Notes: generated by a model not told the origin, from the letters alone. Numbered from the stretch's first letter, positions 28,082 to 38,184 are shown. The stretch is 64,000 nt of DNA from an uncultured Candidatus Saccharibacteria bacterium (GCA_964643955.1 CAZXUO010000005.1:95-64094), one strand, 5' to 3'. Made by a program: numbers and translations.

Positions 28082-28453
28082 ATGATCCAGCCACAAACAT
28101 TAGTGAATATCACGGACAACTCCGGCGCAAAAATCGGACGCGTCTTCAAGATTCTCGGCGGATCAAAGAAGCGCACGGCTGAGATCGGTGATCTCGTGGT
28201 GCTTTCAGTACAGACAGCTGAGCCGCGCAAGCAGACGAAGAAGAAGGATGTCGTGACGGCGATTGTCGTGCGTCAGCGCAAGCCATTCCGCCGCAAGGAC
28301 GGTTCATACGTGAGTTTCGACGACAACGCGGTGGTGATTGTCGAAAAAGCAAAGATGGAGCCACGTGCGAACCGTGTCTTCGGTCCGATCCCTCGCGAGA
28401 TCGCTGAGGTCGGCTACCAGAAGATCGTCTCACTCGCACCGGAAGTCGTATAG
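28082..28453 (+). CDS. rplN: 50S ribosomal protein L14
   Basis: DNSGAK, FDDNAVV and SLAPEV. Confidence 0.98.
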   Translation: MIQPQTLVNITDNSGAKIGRVFKILGGSKKRTAEIGDLVVLSVQTAEPRKQTKKKDVVTAIVVRQRKPFRRKDGSYVSFDDNAVVIVEKAKMEPRANRVFGPIPREIAEVGYQKIVSLAPEVV

Positions 28454-28463
28454 TTTTTATTGT

Positions 28464-28769
28464 ATGAAAATCAAGAAAGGCGACAACGTAGTAGTAATTT
28501 CAGGAAAGGACCGCGGCAAGAGCGGTACGGTTCTCACTGCATTCCCTAAAAAGGACCTCGTCCTCGTGGAGGGAGTTGGTATGGTGAAGAAGCATCAGCG
28601 TGGTCGCCGCGTTGGACAGGCTGGTCAGATCATTGAGCGCGCAACACCGGTGCACGTTTCAAACGTTGCCCTCAAGGATGCAAAGACCAAGAAGGCATCA
28701 CGCGTTGGCTACACGATTGACGGCGACAAGAAGGTCCGCGTCACCAAGGCTTCAGGCTCGAAGGTATAG
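28464..28769 (+). CDS. rplX: 50S ribosomal protein L24
   Basis: [18 protein letters not shown] and HVSNV. Confidence 0.97.
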   Translation: MKIKKGDNVVVISGKDRGKSGTVLTAFPKKDLVLVEGVGMVKKHQRGRRVGQAGQIIERATPVHVSNVALKDAKTKKASRVGYTIDGDKKVRVTKASGSKV

Positions 28770-28787
28770 TCATTTCATACACGACAT

Positions 28788-29339
28788 ATGGCAAAAGCAA
28801 CATCACAAACAGTATTGACGAATACCTACGAAGCACTCAAAGGTGCGCTCGGCTTTACGAATATCATGCAGACTCCACGCATCGAAAAGATCGTGATCTC
28901 AACAGGTATTGGTAAAATTGACGACAAGCAGAAGCGCGCACTCATCGCTGATCGTCTCGCGCGCATCACGGGTCAGAAGGCAGCTCCTCGTGGCGCAAAG
29001 AAGTCTATTGCGTCATTCAAGCTCCGACAGGGAGACGTGGTGGGCTACCAGGTCACCCTCCGCGGCGCACGCATGCAGCATTTCCTCGACAAGCTGATCC
29101 ATGTCGCATTGCCGCGTACGCGCGACTTCCGCGGCCTCAAGGTGACGGCGGTCGACGAGATGGGCAATTACACGCTCGGCATCAAGGAGAATACGATTTT
29201 CCCTGAATGCTCGGACGAGGAGCTCCGCAACGTCTTTGGTATCGCTATCACGATCGTGACCTCGGCGAAGACCAAGGAGGCAGCGGAGGCACTGCTTCGC
29301 CACATCGGGCTCCCGCTCGTTGCGACGGAGGGGAAGTAG
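28788..29339 (+). CDS. rplE: 50S ribosomal protein L5
   Basis: ITGQK, SIASFKLR, VTLRG and LPRTRDFRG. Confidence 0.98.
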   Translation: MAKATSQTVLTNTYEALKGALGFTNIMQTPRIEKIVISTGIGKIDDKQKRALIADRLARITGQKAAPRGAKKSIASFKLRQGDVVGYQVTLRGARMQHFLDKLIHVALPRTRDFRGLKVTAVDEMGNYTLGIKENTIFPECSDEELRNVFGIAITIVTSAKTKEAAEALLRHIGLPLVATEGK

Positions 29340-29379
29340 ACACTTCGCAGACTAGCAAAAAGAGCGACGCGCCGTATGT

Positions 29380-29488
29380 TTGACATCGGAATGCGTAGTT
29401 GCTAGTATGCCCGTGTTCTACGGCTCCGACAGAGGAGTTTTATTTTCACCCAAAAAACAAGTTCACACGGAGAATACCCACAACAATC
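29380..29488 (+). promoter_or_regulatory. Internal promoter and leader for rpsN
   Basis: TTGACA-17-TAGTAT (with TG); hairpin GGCTCC-GACAGA-GGAGTT followed by TTATTTTC. Confidence 0.65.
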
Positions 29489-29674
29489 ATGGCAAAGACA
29501 TCAGTTAAAGTACGCGCAACACGAACACCGAAATTCAAGAGTCGGGTGGTTCGCCGTTGCTTCGCCTGCGGCCGTAAGCGCGGCTACATGCGCGACTTTG
29601 ACCTCTGCCGTATTTGCTTCCGTGAAATGGCAAACGAAGGACAGATTCCAGGTATTAAGAAATCATCATGGTAG
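29489..29674 (+). CDS. rpsN: 30S ribosomal protein S14 (short Zn-binding type)
   Basis: 61 aa with [15 protein letters not shown] and PGIKKSSW. Confidence 0.97.
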   Translation: MAKTSVKVRATRTPKFKSRVVRRCFACGRKRGYMRDFDLCRICFREMANEGQIPGIKKSSW

Positions 29675-30060
29675 GAGACCCAATCGGAGATTTTATCGTA
29701 CAGATTGTAAATGCGGGCGCTGTCCGTAAGGAGTCTGTCTCTGTGCCATATTCAAAGCTCAAGCATGCTATTGCTGAGAAGCTCGTAGAGTCTGGCTTTA
29801 TCAAGAATGCCGTGAAGCGTGGCAAGAAGGTAAAGAAGACGCTCGATATCGAGCTCATCTACACTGATGGCGCGCACATGGTTCGTGGCGTAAAGCGCAT
29901 CTCAAAGCCCGGCCGCCGCATGTACGCAGGCGCGCAGGATATTCACCGCGTGAAGTTTGGTAAGGGCAAGATGATCCTTTCAACACCTGCGGGCGTATTG
30001 ACGGGGGATGAGGCGCGCAAGCAGAACGTTGGTGGCGAACAGCTTTTCATCATCTGGTAA
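29668..30060 (+). CDS. rpsH: 30S ribosomal protein S8
   Basis: [24 protein letters not shown] and VGGE. Confidence 0.97.
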   Translation: MVGDPIGDFIVQIVNAGAVRKESVSVPYSKLKHAIAEKLVESGFIKNAVKRGKKVKKTLDIELIYTDGAHMVRGVKRISKPGRRMYAGAQDIHRVKFGKGKMILSTPAGVLTGDEARKQNVGGEQLFIIW

Positions 30061-30069
30061 TTTTTCACT

Positions 30070-30606
30070 ATGAGTCGTCTCGGCAAACAACCAGTTATTC
30101 TTCCTTCGGGCGTCACCGCTACGCTTGAAGGTGGTGTCTTCACAATGAAGGGACCAAAGGGTTCTGTCGCACGTTCACTTACGAACGATGTGTCAGTAAC
30201 GATCTCAGGCAACGAGATTGTGCTCGCACCTGGTCGCGATAGCGATTTCGCACGCGCACTCTGGGGTACGTATACTGCACACGTCCATAATATGCTTACG
30301 GGCGTTACTGAGGGCTTTACGAAGAAGCTTGAGATCGAAGGTGTGGGATACCGCGCCGAGGTAAAAGGTTCTTCAATCGCACTTTCAGTTGGTTTCTCAC
30401 ACCAGGTTCTTCTCCCGATTCCTGAAGGAGTGACCGTGACCGTAGAGAAGAACCTCATTACGGTTTCAGGTATCGACAAAGATGTTGTCGGCCAGTTTGC
30501 CGCAAACATCCGCGCTACAAAGAAGCCGGAGCCGTACAAGGGTAAGGGCATTCACTACCAAGGTGAGTACATCCTCCGCAAACAGGGTAAGCGCGCAACC
30601 GCATAA
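30070..30606 (+). CDS. rplF: 50S ribosomal protein L6
   Basis: MSRLGK, GVGYRA, GFSH and PEPYKGKGI. Confidence 0.98.
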   Translation: MSRLGKQPVILPSGVTATLEGGVFTMKGPKGSVARSLTNDVSVTISGNEIVLAPGRDSDFARALWGTYTAHVHNMLTGVTEGFTKKLEIEGVGYRAEVKGSSIALSVGFSHQVLLPIPEGVTVTVEKNLITVSGIDKDVVGQFAANIRATKKPEPYKGKGIHYQGEYILRKQGKRATA

Positions 30607-30618
30607 TCTCGCACGACC

Positions 30619-30969
30619 ATGGAAAAGACAGCACTCAAAAACTATAAGCGAACACGACGACATGCACGCATCCGCGCGCGTGTTACGGGTACCGCAGAGC
30701 GTCCGCGCCTCGCAATCTTCCGCAGCAACCGCGCGGTGTATGCGCAGCTCATTGATGATGAGCGCGGTGCAACAATCGCTGCTGTTGATACACGCGCACA
30801 GAAAGGCGCAACACTTCGTGATCGTTCTGCAGCAGTGGGTACGGCGATTGCAACGCTCGCAAAGGGGAAGGGTGTTGAGAAGGTGGTGTTTGACCGCGGA
30901 GGTTTCCAATATCAGGGTGTGATCGCAACGCTCGCTGACAGCGCGCGCGCTGCAGGACTTGTATTTTAA
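30619..30969 (+). CDS. rplR: 50S ribosomal protein L18
   Basis: RPRLAIFRSN, YAQLIDD and VFDRGGFQYQG. Confidence 0.97.
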   Translation: MEKTALKNYKRTRRHARIRARVTGTAERPRLAIFRSNRAVYAQLIDDERGATIAAVDTRAQKGATLRDRSAAVGTAIATLAKGKGVEKVVFDRGGFQYQGVIATLADSARAAGLVF

Positions 30970-30983
30970 ATATTTGATTATTT

Positions 30984-31577
30984 ATGACTGAAGAAACGAC
31001 AACAGACATCACGACAACAGGAGCTGAACAAGCTCCGGCTGAAACTGCTGCACCAACAGAACGTGGTGCACGTGCGGGCGCAGGCGCCGATCGCCGCCGC
31101 AACCCACGTCGTCAGCGTCGTCCTGGACGTCGTGAAGAGCGTGCTCGCCCTGAGTTCGAGCAGAAAATCATCAGCATCCGTCGCGTAACTCGCGTGATGG
31201 CCGGTGGTCGCCGCTTCAGTTTCTCAGTTGCTATGGTTGCAGGAAACAAGAAGGGTCGCGTGGGTGTTGGTATCGGAAAGGCGGGTGATACACAGCTCGC
31301 TATCGAGAAGGCATTCCGCGATGCTCGCAAGAATATGATCGATGTGCCGATGAACGAAGACCAGCACATTCCACACGATGTTGAGATGAAGTACGCTTCA
31401 AGTCGCATTATGATCATGCCAGCGCCCGGTCGCGGTGTGGTAGCAGGTAGCTCAGTACGTACTGTCCTCGAGCTTGCTGGTGTAAAGGATGTGACGGCGA
31501 AAGTATTCTCACGAAGCAAGAACAAGCTCAACAACGCCCGCGCAGCCGTGAGCGCCCTTAAAGCCCTCCGCGCATAA
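30984..31577 (+). CDS. rpsE: 30S ribosomal protein S5
   Basis: RRVTRVMAGGRRFSF and VLELAGVKD. Confidence 0.97.
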   Translation: MTEETTTDITTTGAEQAPAETAAPTERGARAGAGADRRRNPRRQRRPGRREERARPEFEQKIISIRRVTRVMAGGRRFSFSVAMVAGNKKGRVGVGIGKAGDTQLAIEKAFRDARKNMIDVPMNEDQHIPHDVEMKYASSRIMIMPAPGRGVVAGSSVRTVLELAGVKDVTAKVFSRSKNKLNNARAAVSALKALRA

Positions 31578-31594
31578 TCTCGTAACACTTTTAT

Positions 31595-32044
31595 ATGCAG
31601 ATTCATCACGTAAAACCAAAGACAGCACGTAAGACCGCCAAGCGCATTGGTCGCGGTGGTAAGCGCGGCAAGACCTCTGGTCGCGGTATGAAAGGCCAGA
31701 CTGCGCGCACTGGTAACAGTACGCGTCCTGAGATGCGCGAGTTCATCAAGAAGCTTCCAAAGCTTCGTGGTCATGGTAAGAACCGCGCGCGTGGTGTAAA
31801 CAACGAGCGTGTTCGTCCAGTGGTGGTAAACGTTGGCGCTATCGATGCAGTCTTTGTAGCAGGCGAGGCGGTAACTCCTGCATCACTCGTCGCTCGTGGC
31901 GTCATCCGTTCACAGAGCCGCCGCGCTCCAATGATCAAGGTGCTCGCAAACGGCGAGGTTACGAAGAAGCTCTCATTTGCATCGTGCGAGGTGTCTGCAG
32001 CTGCACGCGCAAAGATCGAAGCAGCAGGCGGTTCGATTTCCTAA
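31595..32044 (+). CDS. rplO: 50S ribosomal protein L15
   Basis: RIGRGGKRGKTSGRGMKGQ and KIEAAGG. Confidence 0.97.
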   Translation: MQIHHVKPKTARKTAKRIGRGGKRGKTSGRGMKGQTARTGNSTRPEMREFIKKLPKLRGHGKNRARGVNNERVRPVVVNVGAIDAVFVAGEAVTPASLVARGVIRSQSRRAPMIKVLANGEVTKKLSFASCEVSAAARAKIEAAGGSIS

Positions 32045-32091
32045 TCGAAAGAGAGGCGCAATGCGCCGTGGTGGGGTAGAATAGGACTACT

Positions 32092-33363
32092 ATGGATACC
32101 TTTTTTCAGAAGTTGAAACTCATCGTTACTGATTCTGCTATTCGCAATCGTGTACTTTTTGTACTCGGCGCGCTCGCTATTTTTCGTGCGCTCGCTGCGG
32201 TACCGGTACCAGGCGTCAATACGCTCCAGCTCGAACAATTTTTCCAGAACAATCAGCTGCTTGGTTTTTTTAATATTTTCTCAGGCGGTGGTCTCGCAAA
32301 CCTCTCGATCGTGATGCTCGGCGTGAGTCCGTACATTACCGCATCTATTACGATGCAGCTCATGACGGTGATGTCGACAAAGCTCAAGTCACTCTACTCA
32401 GAAGAAGGGGAGACCGGACGTCACAAGTTTACGCAGATCACACGCCAGCTCGCGTTGCCGTTTGGCGTATTGCAGGGATACGGATTCCTCATGCTTCTCC
32501 AGAGCCAGGGGATCATTCAGGGTCTCTCGACATTTGGTTTTGTTACGAGCCTCATTGTGATTGTTGCCGGATCAATGCTCCTCATGTGGATTGGTGAGCT
32601 CGTCACAGAGTTCGGTATTGGTAACGGTGTTTCGATCATCATCTTCGCCGGTATCGTCGCGGGCCTTCCTGCAACACTCGGACAGCTCCTCTTCACCTTT
32701 GATGCAGCACAGATCCCACTCTACGTTGGCTTCCTCGTTGCAACACTCATCGTGATTTACGGTGTGGTGGTGATGACTGAAGCTGAGCGTCCCGTGCCGA
32801 TTACACATGCAAAGCAAGTTCGTGGGGGACAGACCTACGGCGGCGTTTCTTCATACCTCCCACTCCGCCTTAATCAGGCTGGTGTGATCCCAATCATCTT
32901 TGCGCTCTCAATCTTGCTTTTCCCGCAAATGATTCTCAACTTGCTCGTCAATGTAAATGCGCCGTGGCTCACGACTGCATCAAACGCAGTACTCGGCTTC
33001 CTCGCAAATCAGGTCTACTACGGCATCACGTACTTCGTACTCGTATTCCTCTTTACGTATTTCTACACTGCCGTTACCTTTGACCCTGACGCAATCTCAA
33101 AGAATCTTCAGCGCACGGGTGCCTTTATTCCGGGCGTTCGTCCCGGTGCACATACTGCAGAGTATCTCGGTAAGCTCATCACACGTCTCACGCTCGTCGG
33201 CGCGACGTTCCTCGGTGCGGTAGCGGTCTTGCCGCTTGCGATGCAGTACGTGACTGGCTTTGCAGCGCTCGCAGTCGGTGGTACCGCGCTCCTCATCGTT
33301 GTTTCGGTAGTACTCGATCTTCTCCGTCGTCTCGACTCACAGCTCTCACTCCGCCAGTACTAA
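32092..33363 (+). CDS. secY: Preprotein translocase SecY
   Basis: LGVSPYITASI, GIGNGVS, GVIPIIFA, FIPGVRPG and GGTALLIVVSV. Confidence 0.99.
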   Translation: MDTFFQKLKLIVTDSAIRNRVLFVLGALAIFRALAAVPVPGVNTLQLEQFFQNNQLLGFFNIFSGGGLANLSIVMLGVSPYITASITMQLMTVMSTKLKSLYSEEGETGRHKFTQITRQLALPFGVLQGYGFLMLLQSQGIIQGLSTFGFVTSLIVIVAGSMLLMWIGELVTEFGIGNGVSIIIFAGIVAGLPATLGQLLFTFDAAQIPLYVGFLVATLIVIYGVVVMTEAERPVPITHAKQVRGGQTYGGVSSYLPLRLNQAGVIPIIFALSILLFPQMILNLLVNVNAPWLTTASNAVLGFLANQVYYGITYFVLVFLFTYFYTAVTFDPDAISKNLQRTGAFIPGVRPGAHTAEYLGKLITRLTLVGATFLGAVAVLPLAMQYVTGFAALAVGGTALLIVVSVVLDLLRRLDSQLSLRQY

Positions 33364-33413
33364 GTTCTTCGCTTTTTGGCGGAACGCGCGGTAACTGGTA
33401 TTCTGAAATAGTT

Positions 33414-34013
33414 ATGCTTACGAAACCGATCACCGGCCATCTGATTCTTATTATGGCGCCGTCTGGAAGCGGCAAAGGTCTTTTGATAAAACACTTACGC
33501 GACACGCTCACGCATGCACGTTTCCCCGTGTCGTGCACGACGCGCACGATGCGCCCGGGTGAGACGGAGGGGGAGATGTACTATTTCATTACGCGCGAAG
33601 ATTTTGAACAGCGCATCAAAGATGATCTCTTTCTCGAGTGGGCAGAGTTTGGCGGCGATCTCTACGGTACGCTGAAGTCAGAGATACTCCCTCCGCTTGA
33701 GCAGGGTGAGCTCGTCATCCGTGAGGTAGAGCTTCAGGGTATTCTCGCATTCCGTGAGATTATTCCGCGCGAGCACTATACGGTGATTTATGTGGAAGCG
33801 GGTGCGTGGGATGTGCTCTGCAAGCGTATCCTCGCGCGCGCACCGATTACTGACGAACAGCTCGAGCTTCGTCGTTTGCGGTATCTTGAGGAGTCGAAAG
33901 CGAAAGTTTTTGCTGACAAGATTATTGAAAACAACGAGAATCGTCTTGAGGACGCGAAGCTCGAGCTGCAGCATTTTATAGAAACTATCAGCCAAAAGAT
34001 TTCTGGCGTATGA
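33414..34013 (+). CDS. gmk: Guanylate kinase
   Basis: APSGSGKG, SCTTR.MRPGE, FLEWAE and YGT. Confidence 0.92.
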   Translation: MLTKPITGHLILIMAPSGSGKGLLIKHLRDTLTHARFPVSCTTRTMRPGETEGEMYYFITREDFEQRIKDDLFLEWAEFGGDLYGTLKSEILPPLEQGELVIREVELQGILAFREIIPREHYTVIYVEAGAWDVLCKRILARAPITDEQLELRRLRYLEESKAKVFADKIIENNENRLEDAKLELQHFIETISQKISGV

Positions 34014-34615
34014 AACCACGCACCATCATTTTCATCGGTCCGCAAGGAAGTGGAAAGGGTACGCAGATAACCAAGCTCGATGCAGCACTCCGTGCGGCTG
34101 ATCCAATGCGTCGCGTGGTGGATATTCAGACCGGCCGCCGCTTTCGTGCACTTGCACAGAAGCAGGAAAATTATACCGAGAAGCATGTCTACGAGACGCT
34201 CGACAGTGGTCAGCTCCAACCACTTTTCCTTTCAGTCGTACTGTGGGGAGATGCGATGCTGCAGCACGTCGACACTGATTGTCATTTGCTCATTGATGGA
34301 TTTCCGCGCACGGTCAACGAAGCAAAAGTGCTCGAGAGCGCGCTTTCGTTTTATGAACGTTCAGAGCTTGTCGTTATCAATCTCAATACACCCGAGGACA
34401 TCGTGCGAACTCGTATGAAATCGCGTGCACGAACCGACGATACCGATACCTCGATCGAGGAGCGTTTGCGTTGGTATCGCGAAGAGACCGTACCGGTGAT
34501 CGAATTTTATCGCGCACGTCACGCAACTACTCTTATTGATATCGATGGTACGGACACGATAGACGGGGTACATGCAGCAATCCTCAAAGCCGTCGACCTC
34601 TCGCCAAATGCATGA
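34010..34615 (+). CDS. adk: Adenylate kinase family NMP kinase (short LID)
   Basis: GPQGSGKGTQ, LIDGFPRT and R.DD...ERLRWY. Confidence 0.88.
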   Translation: MKPRTIIFIGPQGSGKGTQITKLDAALRAADPMRRVVDIQTGRRFRALAQKQENYTEKHVYETLDSGQLQPLFLSVVLWGDAMLQHVDTDCHLLIDGFPRTVNEAKVLESALSFYERSELVVINLNTPEDIVRTRMKSRARTDDTDTSIEERLRWYREETVPVIEFYRARHATTLIDIDGTDTIDGVHAAILKAVDLSPNA

Positions 34616-34636
34616 TTCTCTAGTACTGTACCGGCA

Positions 34637-35413
34637 ATGATACGACTCAAAAAACCAGAAGAAATCGAGTCCCTCCGTGAGGGCGGCGCTATCTTGTCGA
34701 AGATTCTCGACGAGCTTTCTACGCTCGTGGCGCCCGGCGTCTCAACGGAACTTTTAAATGATGAAGCCCTTGAGCTTATGGAGAAGTACGATGTTGAGCC
34801 GGTACTTCTCGGCTACCATCCACAATTTGCGCCACGGCCATATCCTGCGGCTATCTGTACGTCGGTCAATGATGTGGTTGTGCATGGTATTCCAAATGAG
34901 CATCCGGTTATTCTCAAAGAAGGGGATACTATCGGCATCGATGTTTCAATCGCATACGAGGGAATGATCGTCGACTCTGCGCGCACGGTCGCTGTGGGCA
35001 CCGTCTCGCCTGAAGTACAAAAACTCATCAATATCACCAAAGAAGCGCTCATGGTGGGTATCAAGGCTGCGCGCGTGGGTGGCCGCGTAGGGGACATCGG
35101 GCATGCCATCGAGACGTTTGTACGCCCGCATGGCTATGGCATCGTCGAGGACCTCTGTGGACACGGCGTGGGGTATGCGGTACACGAGGAGCCAAACGTC
35201 CAGAGCGTTGGTACGCCAGGTACTGGTCCTGAGCTTGTCCCCGGACTCGTGCTCGCGATTGAGCCGATGCTCACGCTCGGCACTCACGAAGTGATCTTTG
35301 ATGAGGAGGATGGATACACCGTCCGTACCAAAGACGGCTCCCAGAGCGCCCATTTTGAGCACTCTATCGTGATTACAGCGGAAGGTCCTGAAATCCTCAC
35401 GACTTCACGCTAA
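34637..35413 (+). CDS. map: Methionine aminopeptidase type I
   Basis: CTSVNDVVVHGIP, GHGVG..HEEP, AIEPM and SAHFEHS. Confidence 0.97.
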   Translation: MIRLKKPEEIESLREGGAILSKILDELSTLVAPGVSTELLNDEALELMEKYDVEPVLLGYHPQFAPRPYPAAICTSVNDVVVHGIPNEHPVILKEGDTIGIDVSIAYEGMIVDSARTVAVGTVSPEVQKLINITKEALMVGIKAARVGGRVGDIGHAIETFVRPHGYGIVEDLCGHGVGYAVHEEPNVQSVGTPGTGPELVPGLVLAIEPMLTLGTHEVIFDEEDGYTVRTKDGSQSAHFEHSIVITAEGPEILTTSR

Positions 35414-35454
35414 CCTTGAATTAAGCCATTTTTTAAGCTATACTCCGGACACAT

Positions 35455-36072
35455 ATGGCAACAGAAACAACTCGAGAGATGCACAAAGAGCGTACGCTCG
35501 TTATTATCAAGCCCGACGGTATTCAGCGCGGACTCATCGGAGAGATTATTAAGCGTTTTGAACGCACTGGTCTTAAGTTTACGGCCTTTAAGTTTCTCGT
35601 GCCGACCGAACAGCAGCTCCTCACGCACTACAACAAAGACGAGGCGTGGTTTCTCCGCAAGGGTAACCGCATTATCGAGGATCTCACCGCACAGGGTCTT
35701 CCGGTAGAAAAGGACGCGATGACCTATGGAAAGGGCATCATCGATACAATCGTGAAGTTTATGACGGCAGGACCGGTGCTTGCGATGGTGATTGAGGGTA
35801 ATCAGTCAGTTGCGATCGTGACAAAGATCACGGGTACGACTGAGCCTGCGACGTCGGATGTTGGTACGATCCGTGGCGACCTCACGGTTGATTCATACGG
35901 CCACTCAACACTCCAGAACCGCGCTGTCCGCAATCTCATCCATTGTTCGGAGTCACCTGAAGAAGCAGAACGCGAGATTAAGGTGTGGTTTGATGAGAAG
36001 GAGCTCATCAACTACAAGACGACGCACGAGCGTATTCTCTACGACATCGACCTCAACGGTATTTTTGAATAA
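35455..36072 (+). CDS. ndk: Nucleoside diphosphate kinase
   Basis: ERTLVIIKPDGIQRGL, GTIRGD and RNLIHCS. Confidence 0.96.
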   Translation: MATETTREMHKERTLVIIKPDGIQRGLIGEIIKRFERTGLKFTAFKFLVPTEQQLLTHYNKDEAWFLRKGNRIIEDLTAQGLPVEKDAMTYGKGIIDTIVKFMTAGPVLAMVIEGNQSVAIVTKITGTTEPATSDVGTIRGDLTVDSYGHSTLQNRAVRNLIHCSESPEEAEREIKVWFDEKELINYKTTHERILYDIDLNGIFE

Positions 36073-36144
36073 ATAACCTTTTGGTAGAACGCATAATGGC
36101 ACTTTTCGCGGAGCGAAACGTGCCATTATGCTATACTGGTACAT

Positions 36145-36290
36145 GAGGATTGCTGAATGCATGTTCCTCTTAAACGCATAGTTCAGGGAGTTCGAACTCG
36201 CAGTGACCAATGAGAACCGTAAGGATTTCAGCGGAAATTGGATAGAGCACCCACCTAGAATTTCTAGGGACATGCGTTCATGCGATCCTC
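36145..36290 (+). ncRNA. ssrS: Probable 6S RNA
   Basis: ~24-bp terminal stem (GAGGATTGC..TGAATGCATGTTCCT / AGGGACATGCGTTCA..GCGATCCTC), central bubble with GAGCACCCACCT, promoter TGcTATACT upstream and terminator at 36296-36320. Confidence 0.65.
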
Positions 36291-36367
36291 TTATGAAAAA
36301 ACCCGCTCTGCGGGTTTTTTCTTGTCCTACTTCGCGCCGACCGAGCGGTCGCGTATAATAAAGCTAC

Positions 36368-36760
36368 ATGTGGATGCGCACAACGACCTTTCTCTACTTT
36401 ATACTCGCACTTTCAGTGCTTGCGGCAGGGCACATCCTCTCGCTCTCATTTTATTTGTACTGGACCTATTTGTGGCTCGATATCCCGATGCATTTCTTGG
36501 GCGGTATGACGGTCGCGCTCGGGTTCCTTACTTTTTTCTCGTCATACGTTGTGCGCTCTCTGCGTGGGCTCGCACTCACGCTCGGCGTGGTCTTTATGGT
36601 GGGTATTGCATGGGAAGTATTTGAGCTCGTGAATGGTTTGATCGACATCGAGCTGCGCCCGATTGCTGACACGGCGCTCGACATTGTTCTCGACCTTATC
36701 GGTGGAGCGCTCGGCTACGCGCTTGCTCGTTCGTCGTCATCACTTGATACACGTCCATGA
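36368..36760 (+). CDS. Membrane protein (D..MHFLGG...WEVFE...DT..D pattern, VanZ/DUF2238-like)
   Basis: Four hydrophobic segments with conserved acidic/His residues. Confidence 0.7.
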   Translation: MWMRTTTFLYFILALSVLAAGHILSLSFYLYWTYLWLDIPMHFLGGMTVALGFLTFFSSYVVRSLRGLALTLGVVFMVGIAWEVFELVNGLIDIELRPIADTALDIVLDLIGGALGYALARSSSSLDTRP

Positions 36761-38127
36761 GTACCCGCACTGCACAGATTGGTTTTTATGGGGGAGTAGG
36801 GAGTGTGACGGGTGCAAATTTTCTCCTTGAGGCAGGTACATGTCGTGTACTCATCGACTGTGGACTAGTGCAGGGAGGACGTTTTGGTGAGCGAAAAAAT
36901 GCCGAGGCATTTGCATACGATCCTGCGAGTGTCGGTACGCTCGTGGTCACGCATGCGCACGCCGATCATATCGGTCGCATCCCAAAGCTCGTGCGCGATG
37001 GTTTCAGCGGCGTCATTTACTCGACGGCGCCGACTAGAGATCTCGCGGAAGTCATGCTCGCTGATGCATACCGCGTGATGGTAAGCGAAGCAAAGAAACA
37101 CGGGGAAGAACCCATCTTTGAGCAGGCTGATGTTGATCGCGCGCTTTCGCTCTGGAAGGGAGTTGTCTACAAAGAAGAGGTTGCGCTCACTGATGGCGTA
37201 TCGTTTCGTCTCCATGACGCAGGGCACATCCTCGGCTCTGCATTTATTGAGTTTGAGCGAGACGGGCGGAAGATTGTTTTTTCGGGAGACATCGGCAATG
37301 TGCCGCAACCGCTTCTCGATGCGCCCGATGTACCTTCGGGGTACCACTACCTCGTGATGGAAAGTGTATACGGCGATCGTTCGCATGAGGAGGTCGCTGA
37401 GCGTAGAGATATGCTCTTGGGATACATCAAAGATACGATCGAATCAAAAGGGACGCTCATCATCCCTGCGTTTTCACTCGAGCGTACGCAGGGAATGCTC
37501 TTTGAGATTAATAATTTTGTGGAGCAGGGTCTCATTCCGCCGGTCCCTACATACCTTGATTCGCCGCTTGCGATTGAAGTGACGGGGATCTACCGAAAAC
37601 ATACTGCGTATCTTAAAAAAGAGGTGCAGGAACAAATCAGAAAGGGAGACGACATTTTTGATTTTCCAAAGCTCTCATTTACCGAGCGCGTTGCTGACTC
37701 ACGTGACATTGCGCGCGTACAGGGACCGAAGATTATCATCGCTGGCTCGGGTATGTCGCATGGTGGTCGCATCAATGCACACGAGAAAGAATATCTCGAC
37801 GATACCAACACAACGCTTTTGCTCGTCGGCTTTCAGGCAGTGGGGAGTATCGGACGCCTGCTGCAGGATGGGGCGAAGCGTGTGCAGATTGATGGCGTCG
37901 ATGTAAAGGTGCGTGCGCGTATCGCGACGATCCGCGGATACTCGGGACATGCAGATCGAGAAGGGCTTATTGATTTTGTGGAGCACGGTGGCGAGCAGAT
38001 AGAAAAAGTATTTGTGACGATGGGTGAGGAGAAAGCATCGCTTTTTCTCGTACAGCGCCTGCGTGATTACCTCGGCGTCGATGCGGTTGCGCCTGAGGAG
38101 GGGAGTGTGGTGGAGATTAAGTTTTGA
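36757..38127 (+). CDS. MBL-fold beta-CASP ribonuclease
   Basis: THAHADHIG, AGHILGS, FSGD, MESVYG and YSGHAD. Confidence 0.92.
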   Translation: MSTRTAQIGFYGGVGSVTGANFLLEAGTCRVLIDCGLVQGGRFGERKNAEAFAYDPASVGTLVVTHAHADHIGRIPKLVRDGFSGVIYSTAPTRDLAEVMLADAYRVMVSEAKKHGEEPIFEQADVDRALSLWKGVVYKEEVALTDGVSFRLHDAGHILGSAFIEFERDGRKIVFSGDIGNVPQPLLDAPDVPSGYHYLVMESVYGDRSHEEVAERRDMLLGYIKDTIESKGTLIIPAFSLERTQGMLFEINNFVEQGLIPPVPTYLDSPLAIEVTGIYRKHTAYLKKEVQEQIRKGDDIFDFPKLSFTERVADSRDIARVQGPKIIIAGSGMSHGGRINAHEKEYLDDTNTTLLLVGFQAVGSIGRLLQDGAKRVQIDGVDVKVRARIATIRGYSGHADREGLIDFVEHGGEQIEKVFVTMGEEKASLFLVQRLRDYLGVDAVAPEEGSVVEIKF

Positions 38128-38130
38128 TAC

Positions 38131-38175
38131 AAAAAGAAAAAGGCCGCGGGCTATGCCCGCGGCCTTTTTCTTTTG
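38131..38175. terminator. Bidirectional terminator between convergent genes
   Basis: AAAAGAAAAAGGCCGCGGGC-TAT-GCCCGCGGCCTTTTTCTTTT. Confidence 0.85.
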
Positions 38176-38184
38176 AAGTACTGG

